The translations under genes were made by a program, and so were the position numbers. Under the pieces are notes generated by a model. That model ran no database searches. It worked only from the letters and a program-made list of their open reading frames with translations, and was not told the DNA's origin. A stretch of 63,954 bases of DNA, the filler included, from Octopus bimaculoides (lineage: Eukaryota), in NCBI RefSeq assembly GCF_001194135.2. It is 7 parts of 7 records of this genome, joined end to end, with 100 filler letters (N's around TTAATTAATTAA, not from the genome) between each part and the next. Parts side by side here need not be neighbours in the genome. Positions count along the whole stretch, not along the records: positions 54,053 to 58,659 come from NC_068986.1; positions 58,760 to 62,785 come from NC_068987.1; positions 62,886 to 63,954 come from NW_026370274.1; 4 more parts are not named here. One strand, written 5' to 3'. Shown here one piece after another: positions 54,099-63,954 of this stretch. Numbering within the stretch: position 1 is the stretch's first letter; every line of letters starts with the position of its first letter.

Positions 54099-55188
54099 TT
54101 GTTGATAAAAACTTATTGGCTTTGATGCTAAGAAATCTTTGAAAGCTGATTCTTCCTCTGGCTTAGACCTGAAAGTTTAAATGCTTTAAAAATGGTAGTC
54201 AGTGGGTGGTGGAGGATGGGGTAATGTCTCATATCCCAAGTCTGTGAGTTTCTGCAGCGTCGTTCTTGCAGCAAGTGACTTTGCATTATCGTGGAGCAGA
54301 TTCACACCAATGCAGGTCACATTTTTTGCAAGTGAGTATGCATTTCAGCGAGTTGATTGCAGTAAACCTCTGTTGTAATACTCTGATTTGCTTCCAGAAA
54401 GCTGTAACGGACAACACCAACTGCAGACCACCGGACAGTCACCATAATCTTTTGCTGATGCAACTTTGGCTTTGGGAAACGTGTGAGGGACTCATCACGA
54501 TCAAGACATTGACCTAATCGTTTACGATTGTCATAAAGGATCCACTTTTCGTCACAAGTAACTATTCGGTCAAGAAAAGGATCATTGGTGTTTCGCAGAA
54601 AGAGCATCAATCACACTTCGAAACGCCGGACTTTTTAATTTTCATTGAGCTCATGTGGTACCCATTTATCGAGCTTTTTCGCCTTACCAATCTTCTGGAG
54701 ATTACGTGAGACCTTTGCAATACCGACACCAAGTGCCTGAGACACTTCTCTGAGACTTTGACGTGGGTTTTGTTCGACAATTGCTTTCAGCTGTTCATTG
54801 TCAAGACTGCATGAGCGTCCTCTACCTTCTTCACCTTCAAGGCTCCCATCGTCACTACGGAATTTCTGAAAGCAACTTCGTACTGTGCGATTACTTGTGG
54901 ATCCCTCAACCCTGCTCTGTTGATATTGGTAGCAGTTTGGGAGGCATTGTGCTCAAGCTTGAACTCATGCAACAGAAGTAAGCGAAAGTCCTCTTTTGTC
55001 ATGTTCATAATTAAGGGTGCCTGTGCTTCAAGAATGTTTTCTGTCTGAAATAAGTAGAAAATTATTAATGAGCATACATCAATTATTAAGTATGTTGAAA
55101 TTCACCTAAAATATCATTAAAATACTATAATAAAATTGCGTTTCAAAACACAACACTTAGAGCGGCCATTATTTTCGGAATAACCTAA
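54096..55188 (-). mobile_element. Degenerate mariner (cecropia/Hsmar1-like) transposon, 5' TIR present, 3' end lost
   Basis: TA|TTAGGTTATTCCGAAAATAATGGCCGC terminus. MNMTKEDFRLLLLHEFKLEHNASQ; FLDRIVTCDEKWILYDNRKR; KPKLHQQKIMVTV; LLHDNA; LPHPP..PTDYHF. Frameshifted. Confidence 0.93.
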
Positions 55189-56434
55189 TACATAGTCCAG
55201 TTGAAATCTAATGGGTTTAATTTCTTGACAAGTGTGCGGATAACATCAGCTAACAAACGTTTAACTTAGGTTTGGTTTTCGATCGCCACTGTGGCTATCC
55301 CAAGTGTTGGATGAATATCCTGTCGCGAAGACATCGAAGCAACCTCGTGTCTCTTTATTAGACGACTGCTTGAGACTGCAAACAAATAACGGCGTTGTAG
55401 TATAATACTGTATGTGACTTTTACCTGAAAATTTACCTTACGAATATAAAAATATAAACCGAAGCTATGTAGTCTTATAGTCCAACTTACGACCAGTTAG
55501 TCGGAAACAATTGTGGTCGTAAGTCGACGACGACCTGTATTATAAATACTATCTGCGAATAAACCAAAAAGTACTTTTATATGCAAAGTGTTTTCCTGTC
55601 AGAAATTCGTTTTCAGAGTGATATTGTAAAATAGAAGGAATAAAAAAAGAAATGGACTCTCAAAAATATAGATATTGTAAAATGTAGAAACATATATATA
55701 GATAGAAATGTTAAGCCTTTTCTCTAAAAAAAAAAGTGACGTGCTTTTGTCTCCAGGCACAAAAGTAGATGAAGTGGTATTTGAGCATGATTAATGGGTA
55801 ACAAAAGCAGCATTTATATAATGTACATTTGAAAAACAAACCAGAATAGAAATTTATATCCAGAATTATTCAGCAGTTAATTACTTCTTTTTATTTCGGC
55901 ACCTACAAATGTTTCTGCAGCACAGCAATGAATGCCCACTGCAAAATTTGCACCTTTATTAATAATCAATGAAAGCGATTACGACATCCATTTCGATTCT
56001 CTATCCCTACCAAACAAAATTTGAAAATTTATATATATATATATATACTAATGTGTCCGTCCGTTTTAATTTAATTAAATTCTATGTCTTTGTGCAGCTG
56101 AGGATTGCTCTGCATTTTATATTGATGTAAAGATTGCGTTGTTCAATTAAATGGAGTTGCAAGAAACGATCGAAGGCGCCGAGCTGGCAGAAACGTTATG
56201 TATGTATGTGTGTATGTATGTATGTATGTATGTATATATGGTCACTTTATTGTTATTATTGTTTTTAATAATAATGATATCTTATTTAAATTTTTAACTT
56301 ACTATTGTTCGTTTTTGAATGTCGCAGGGCATTCAATTGAACAAACGCGCGCAGTGTAATTGTATACAGTAACCTCAGGTTAGCACAAAAGGTGAAATCA
56401 CTTACTACTGAGATGTCTGTACTTTTCTCTGTAG

Positions 56435-56444
56435 ATTTGTGAAG
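56435..56444 (+). other. Candidate 10-nt microexon (ATTTGTGAAG)
   Basis: TACTTTTCTCTGTAG|ATTTGTGAAG|GTAAGG: strong acceptor and donor 10 nt apart in non-repeat DNA. Host gene not identified. Confidence 0.35.
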
Positions 56445-56569
56445 GTAAGGGCTATTTCTATTATATTACCTACATTAACCGTGCGTTTTAATTATAGAGA
56501 AATATGAGGCCTTGGGAAGTTGACTCTTTTTTTCTAGCAGGGCTGGTACATTTTGTATCATAAGCTTCA

Positions 56570-56962
56570 GGCGCAGGTGTGGCTGTGTGGTAAGTAGCTT
56601 GCTTACCAACCACATGATTCCGGGTTCGGTCCCACTACGTGGCACCTTGGGCAAGTGTCTTCTACTGTAGCCTCGGGCCGACCAAAGCCTTGTGAGTGGA
56701 TTTGGTAGACGGAAACTGAAAGAAGCCTGTCGTATATATATATATATATTCATATGTGTGTGTGTCTGTGTTTGTACCCCCAATATCGCTTGACAACCGA
56801 TGCAGGTGTGTTTACGTCCCCGTGATATAGCGGTTCGGCAAAAGAGACCGATTGAATAAGTACTAGGCTTGCAAAGAATAAGTCCTGGGGTCGGTTTGCT
56901 CGACTAAAGGCGGTGCTCCAGCATGGCCACAGTCAAATGACTGAAACAAGTAAAAGAGTAAA
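56570..56962 (+). mobile_element. Full-length tRNA-derived octopus-type SINE with internal microsatellite
   Basis: A box GTGGCTGTGTGG, B box GGTTCGGTCCC (56623-33), CORE-like GGCACCTTGGGCAAGTGTCTTC, internal (TA)/(TG) tract, 3' half ending AAGTAAAAGAGTAAAAG. Confidence 0.9.
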
Positions 56963-57374
56963 AGATATATATATATATATAGATATATATATATATATAG
57001 ATATATATATATATATATACATACATACATACATACATACATACATACATACATACATGTGTGTTTGTGTGTGTGTATGTGTGTGTACATACTAGAAATT
57101 AAAAAGAGAGATTATTGTATTAGTTCGTACATACAATTCGCCATTATGTTTCATTAACCCCAACCATTGGATATGCCGAGTGCATTCGTATGCATAACCA
57201 GAACGCATTATTGGAGAATACATTTGTACATGAAGTTACAGCGAATATATGCATATATGTAAGTCACAATATATGGATTCAAATTTATATATGTATGCAT
57301 TTATATATACTTAGTCAATACATACATTCTTATATATGTGCGTGCGTGAATGTATATATATATATATATATATA

Positions 57375-57415
<41 letters not shown>

Positions 57416-57560
57416 CTGTGTGTGCATGTGTGTGTTTATGTGTTTGTGTGTGTGTATGTACATACATGCACAAATATCTCTACTTATATGTCCATGCACG
57501 CACATATACACACACATATCTATATACATATATATGTATATATATATATATGCGTGTGTG

Positions 57561-57599
<39 letters not shown>

Positions 57600-58059
57600 C
57601 TTAAACACAAATATACACATATTTATATATAAATGTCTTTATATACATATATGTATGTGTGGGTGTAATTATACTTGTTTTTTATAAATGTATGCATAAA
57701 ACTGTGTATGGATGGCCATTTTTATGTGTATACGTGCAATGTTCTCGTTTTGCAACAATTCAATACATCAAAGCCCTCTCAGTTATATAAAGGGAATGAG
57801 CAATGCGAAGCAAAGAAGCAGCTGTATGGAAAAGATATTAAATATATTTGGTCTTGATTCATTGTTTCCATATTTCTTTTTATCTTGACATAAACAGTGA
57901 AATCATAGACAACTGCCAATGCAGTAATATACTGTTCCAGTTAATACATAAGGATGAAATCATTAGCGTTATTGTTTAATCTACGATCAAAGGCGTCCTT
58001 GACCTAGCTAAATTATTTTCTATAATGCATCAAGAACTTGTGAGAAGAGAAACAGCTCC

Positions 58060-58144
<85 letters not shown>

Positions 58145-58244
58145 GCCCAGATGCAGTACCAGGCAGTAGCTCTCATGGCGTCTGATCTTAATTGATTGAA
58201 AGTGTTATCATGTACATTGTTTTGTCTTGGTACTGAGCATTATT

Positions 58245-58659
58245 ATTATTGCTCAGTAGTTTTATTTTTATAACATGCTTTCACTTCACTACCGAGCGCA
58301 GCTCTGTATGCGTTGAGTGTGTGCTGTAGTTTGCTGTGATGCTCTTATGGTTACTGTATTGAAAGTGTTTTGCGTAGGATGTGTGCAGTGACCAGTAGTG
58401 CAATTTTCTGTATGTTATATGTATTTGTAAGTCCTGGTGTTTTTGTTATGTATTTGTCTGAATATTTTTTTATTATACCTAAGGCACCTACTATGATAGG
58501 AATTGTTTCTGTTTTTAGATTCCACATTCGAGTTACCTCTATTTCCAGGTCTTTGTTTTTGGAAGTTTTTCCATTTCTTTTAGGGAAACGTTGTCATCTG
58601 CTGGTATTGATACATCAATTAGAAAGCATTTTTTTTTCTTCATGATCTTTGACAACTAT
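58245..58659 (-). mobile_element. R4/Dong-type LINE 3' end (same subfamily as 32815-33631)
   Basis: Reverse complement of the 33280-33631 endonuclease C-terminus and 3' UTR. Confidence 0.9.
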
Positions 58660-58759
58660 NNNNNNNNNNNNNNNNNNNNNNNNNNNNNNNNNNNNNNNNN
58701 NNNTTAATTAATTAANNNNNNNNNNNNNNNNNNNNNNNNNNNNNNNNNNNNNNNNNNNN
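58660..58759. other. Artificial scaffold join
   Basis: 44 N + TTAATTAATTAA (58704-58715) + 44 N. Confidence 0.95.
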
Positions 58760-58827
<68 letters not shown>

Positions 58828-59702
58828 TGTGTGTATGTGTGCTTGTTTGTCTGTCTTTGCCCTCCCCCCATTGTTTGACAACCGATGTTACCGTGTTTAG
58901 GTCCCCGTATCTAAGTGGTTCGGCAAAACAGACCGATAGAATAAGTACTAGGCTTACAAAGAATAGGTTCTTGTTAGATAATGTAGCAGCTGGTAATTGT
59001 TTAATAAAATACTGTCTCTACGCATGTAACCACATACTTCCTTTGTTCTATTCTTGCAGTGCTTTTAGTTTAGCATTGATAAAGCAACAGCTTAAATTTT
59101 TTTATATACATACACACACACACACACGTTCGCACACACGCACACGCACACAGACATACTGCATATTTGTCTTTAGCAAGTATTTCTCATAGACGTGGTT
59201 TTAGACACTATAGTGTATACACACACACACACACACGTACTTAAGCACAAACACACAAAGATATTATTGAAACTGCATAGGGTTGCAAATCATTTCAAAA
59301 CGATCTATAAACCAACAATCTGAAATTCTTTGACCTGCGTTTCTCGTTGACAACATTTCAGAAAAGCAAGATTTTAAAGGTTGCAAACTTTCATGAACTT
59401 TGTTATATGTCAATGTTGCACCTCTTTGTGAAATGGTACGGAATGCTGTCAATGTTAACATATATTTATTGAGGGTATACGGATGTAAGCCGGAGAAGTA
59501 AGTAACTCCACCAAACCAAATTCTCACCATGCCAAATTACCCTTTGACATAACTCCACATACTACCACAATCAAAGAACAACGTGCCAAAGATTTTCTAA
59601 AACCAAAAGGAACACAAACTTAGCAAGTAGTATGCCAAATACTAACAAGCTGAAATTTCAAAAGTCAATGTTAACATTTTCCTGGTAAAAGCNNNNNNNN
59701 NN

Positions 59703-59744
<42 letters not shown>

Positions 59745-60570
59745 CAGAGGTTATCAATAAAAGATCAAGTCAAATCAAGGTGAAAAACTCCATATATTGG
59801 CCTGACTGAATGACCAAAACAGACAGTTAAATTATCACGGAATGCATCGATGAAGAAAGTTCACTGTTGTTAGGTAATCCACAATTCTAATAGTATCCAA
59901 AGTATCTAAAATTATCTAACGATAAATGGAAACTTAAGCGTGGCGTAAATCTAAAATAAAACAAAGGAATGCATTACTTGGCATTGCTACGGTTGTTTCA
60001 TTGGGAATCTTTATCGTGAGACAAGCATAATGCAACTAAAATAGTTAGATTGCAAATGTTACATAACTCCCGAGTCATCAGGCGACTAAATAGACAAGGG
60101 GGCATTGTTACAGATGATCAACAATTGAAATTTCTAATCAGAATAACTAACATTTAAGAAATTTAAATTGTATGTGTTTCTAACCTGTCAATCGAGAGGG
60201 GTAGATAGTAGCATAATGTCTTGTATATATATATATATATATATATATATNNNNNNNNNNNNNNNNNNNNNNNNNNNNNNNNNNNNNNNNNNNNNNNNNN
60301 NNNNNNNNNNNNNNNNNNNNNNNNNNNNNNNNNNNNNNNNNNNNNNNNNNNNNNNNNNNNNNNNNNNNNNNNNNNNNNNNNNATATAGGAGGTTAGCTTT
60401 GAGAGTTGCATTCCCTCGCGATCGGTAAAAATGTGCTTATTATAGTAGTTTGACTTCTGGAGTCCCTCTTATCATGAGGCGTTATTGCATAGTAATGCCC
60501 TTATATAAATCAAATATATATATATACATATATGTGTTTGTGTGTGTGTGTCTGTGTGTGTGTGTCTGTA

Positions 60571-60642
<72 letters not shown>

Positions 60643-61871
60643 CATTTAAAGGAAGTAATATGCTTAAGAGGTGTTTAAGCCTAGCGACCTCGTCAACAAA
60701 ACCCAGTAGTGAAAGAACTTACTTGAATACAGCAGATAGTAAGTGCCAAGAATGATATTTGATCTTATCAAAACATTTCAAAGGGATCTACCGACGCTGC
60801 TTCAGAAGGCCAGTTATAGTGCTAGGTTAATTTCAAGTTAGTATTAGTTGCTTATGTTCTTAATTAAACTTGTTCCAAAATTATATTACCAAATTAATGG
60901 AATAGCTCCTTCAGATAACAAACAACCAGTTAATTATAATAGAGACGAATAATTTATGGAGTTTAAGAAGGGAAAATATTGTTGCCTTGAAGTTCACTGA
61001 CCGGATATGCCTCTGGTGGCAGCAATAAGATAGTTCATTCTACCTGTGGATAGATACTACAAGTTGGTGAAGTACCTGCGAGTTACACCTGAGTTACACC
61101 TGAGTTACACCTGAGTACATAATACATGAACACATACGCATGTTTTATTTATATGTATACATATATACACATATATGCTTTATTTATAGATATGTTTACG
61201 TATGTATGTATGTATCTATCTATCTGTCTATCTCTCTTTCTATATATATGTATTTGTGTGTGTATGTGTCTATCCCCCTGCCATCGCCAGAAACTTGGCG
61301 GTTCGGCAATAGTAACCGACAGAATAAGTACTAGGCAGAATAAGTCTTGGAGTCGATTCGTTCGACTAAAGGTGGTGCTTTAGCATAGCCTCAGTCAAAT
61401 AAATGAAACAACTAAAAAAATTAAAGAATAAGAAAATATGTATATATGTATATATGAATATATCCCATATTTTATTTTGGTTCGCAGGAGCAACAGCTTT
61501 TCGAAGCCTCATATTATCATTAATTGCTCAAAATGAGGACTAGATGAACAGATGAACAGCCAACAACTGATGAAGGGTCGTTCTTNNNNNNNNNNNNNNN
61601 NNNNNNNNNNNNNNNNNNNNNNNNNNNNNNNNNNNNNNNNNNNNNNNNNNNNNNNNNNNNNNNNNNNNNNNNNNNNNNNNNNNNNNNNNNNNNNNNNNNN
61701 NNNNNNNNNNNNNNNNNNNNNNNNNNNNNNNNNNNNNNNNNNNNNNNNNNNNNNNNNNNNNNNNNNNNNNNNNNNNNNNNNNNNNNNNNNTATATATATA
61801 TATATATACATGTATATGTATGTACATATCCATATATATATATATAATGCATATATATATGCACATATATA

Positions 61872-61909
<38 letters not shown>

Positions 61910-62692
61910 AATTGAGCAAGAATTGTCATAGGAGTCAGTGTCTTATAATTTGCGTTTTAACGTCTTATTGATTATCTGTACTGGTGCAGAGAAAATTTCC
62001 CCTTTAATTATTTACTCTGAACATAGTGATTCTCTTTTTACAGAATATTTTCATAAAATGTAATACTAAAGTCTAAATAAAACGGCAGTTGCTTATTTAC
62101 TATAACATCATATGCTATTTTAGAAAGATAGGGTTAAGTGAAATATATTCGAAACTTCCTTGAATCATATACTTTTGAAAATTCTGTTTCCAATAATAAA
62201 CTTACATATTGACAAACGTATATACATTCATATACACATACACATACAGAAATATTATCTTTGACTAGCAATGAATTGTTAGAGTTATTTAAACTACTCA
62301 TTTATTTTGGAAAAGTCGAGTTACATCAAACCTGCTTATCTACTTAGATATATTAAGCATGTGAAGTTTTGCTCTTCACTTTTGTTTTGGCATTGACTTT
62401 AACGTCGGATTTTCAACAATCTCACTTCTACAGTTATATCTGATCTACATCGTAATAATTTTGAACTAGCAATAGATTTGTCCTAGTTTACCACGTCGTT
62501 ACTGGCGCATCAGTGGTCAGAGTCCGGCAACAAGCACGGAACTGTTTTCACGTTAGTTCATACAGCGATGCATGTCTGCAATAAGCAAGAACGGTTTAGT
62601 ATAAAATTATTGAAAGATTCCATAGGCTATTTTGAAATTCTTTGGAAATATCAGCACTACCATTTCAAAGAGATTAATGCTCCGTGGAAACG

Positions 62693-62785
<93 letters not shown>

Positions 62786-62885
62786 NNNNNNNNNNNNNNN
62801 NNNNNNNNNNNNNNNNNNNNNNNNNNNNNTTAATTAATTAANNNNNNNNNNNNNNNNNNNNNNNNNNNNNNNNNNNNNNNNNNNN
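62786..62885. other. Artificial scaffold join
   Basis: 44 N + TTAATTAATTAA (62830-62841) + 44 N. Confidence 0.95.
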
Positions 62886-63311
62886 TATATATATATATAA
62901 CAGCTAATTTGCACGACTAAAAGCGCTTTCAAGGTGGTGCACCAGTATGGCCATCATCCTACGAACGAATCAAGTAAAAGAATAACGAAAGAAACTATGC
63001 AGCAACCTAGCTTTATTCGCAAAAGTAGAGTGATTAATCTTTAACCGTTTAAATCTTTAATGAAGTCTTCAGTTCATTTTAAGTCAATACTTTAATTCTC
63101 AATCAAATATTCTGCCTGTTTTAAGTTCAAGCCAGTCACATCTGGCCTCTCACACCTACCCTACAATATCATTCTGAAAATAAGCAGTAACATCCTGAAA
63201 ATCTCGATGATGTACAATTAAGTTAAATGGAAGTGAATAGATAAGCATTGCATTTGACAGAGTAATCTTAATGCTAAAGAGATAGATAGTTAGACACATA
63301 GATAGATACAC

Positions 63312-63348
<37 letters not shown>

Positions 63349-63389
63349 TAGATAGATATAGATAGATAGATTGATTGATTGATAGATAT

Positions 63390-63658
63390 CTTTTCTTTTA
63401 TTAGCTACACAGGGCTGCACACAGAGGGGACAAATACAACTGTAGAGCTTTTCTTTAAAAATAAAAAAGGGTAAAATAAAAATTAAAAAATCCGATCAAA
63501 AAGGATCGGTAGGGGCAAAAAAAAAAAAGGTATCGTAAATCACAGAAAATGTCAATAGTGTAAAATGGGGTAACATTAGGTTTATCCATGGAGAGAAAAG
63601 CGTACGGAAAAGACCACGGTAACCTCAGCAGGGAAATAGATACATGAGAGCAAAGTGC
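63390..63658 (-). mobile_element. Probable LINE 3' UTR (AATAAA then (TATC)n tail); tandem copy 1
   Basis: Minus strand ends ...GCCCTGTGTAGCTAATAAAAGAAAAG into a (GATA)n array. Near-identical second copy at 63774-63954. Confidence 0.55.
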
Positions 63659-63723
63659 TCTCTCTCTCTCTCTCTCTTTCTATTTTTTTATTTTTCTCGA
63701 TTTATAGGATCAGACAGATAGAC

Positions 63724-63754
<31 letters not shown>

Positions 63755-63773
63755 CAGACAAATAGATAGATAA

Positions 63774-63954
63774 CTTTCTTTTATTAGCCACACAGGGCTG
63801 CACACAGAGGGGACAAATACAACTGTAGAGCTTTTCTTTAAAAAAAGAATAAATAAAAAATAAAAATCCGATCAAAAGGGATCGGTAGGGGAAAAAAAGA
63901 AAAGAAGGGATATCGTATATCACAGAAAATGTCAATTGTGTAAAATGGGGTAAC
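63774..63954 (-). mobile_element. Tandem copy 2 of the same LINE-like 3' end (runs off the window)
   Basis: High similarity to 63390-63575; also abuts (GATA)n. Confidence 0.55.

Noticed and set aside
55468-55539. ACTTACGACC/GGTCGTAAGT inverted repeat as a regulatory hairpin
   Set aside because: Best explained as a decayed Tigger-like MITE end (...CGACGACCTG|TA); too degenerate to call confidently.
59264-59530. 88-aa minus-strand ORF MVRIWFGGVTYFSGLHPY...
   Set aside because: No recognisable domain, splice context or partner exons; length is compatible with chance.
61080-61116. 11-bp tandem repeat (GAGTTACACCT)x3
   Set aside because: Simple minisatellite without spacers; not CRISPR-like, and the context is eukaryotic.

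Overview
AT-rich, microsatellite-dense animal genomic DNA. The SINE/LINE repertoire points to a cephalopod, most likely Octopus (inference). It comes from a gapped short-read assembly: six identical 100-bp artificial joins (44 N + TTAATTAATTAA + 44 N) split the window into seven separately assembled pieces. The only host gene I can confidently support is the 3' end of ELP5 (Elongator subunit 5): three spliced + strand exons at 10954-11043, 12024-12124 and 14226-14337, ending ...GQIFYEPDDADDFDEEDPDDDLDI*. The rest is transposon-derived or simple repeat. It includes a pogo/Passer-type element (18384-23637) carrying a nested Chapaev3-type transposon and a SINE with a perfect target-site duplication, about 12 fragments of R4/Dong-type LINEs embedded in (TAA)n arrays, mariner/maT, RTE and Penelope remnants, Helentron-type (HINE-like) elements, MITEs and several tRNA-derived SINE families. 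Nearly all ORFs in the supplied track are microsatellite or N-gap translations. I found no clearly new multi-gene system. The best leads are inverted SINEs bracketing a frame-preserving ELP5 exon, the strand-coherent (TAA)n-targeted LINE cluster, the nested transposon, hammerhead-like motifs, and a few orphan exon candidates (a 10-nt microexon and a C1q-like exon). Family assignments are from recalled motifs, not database searches.
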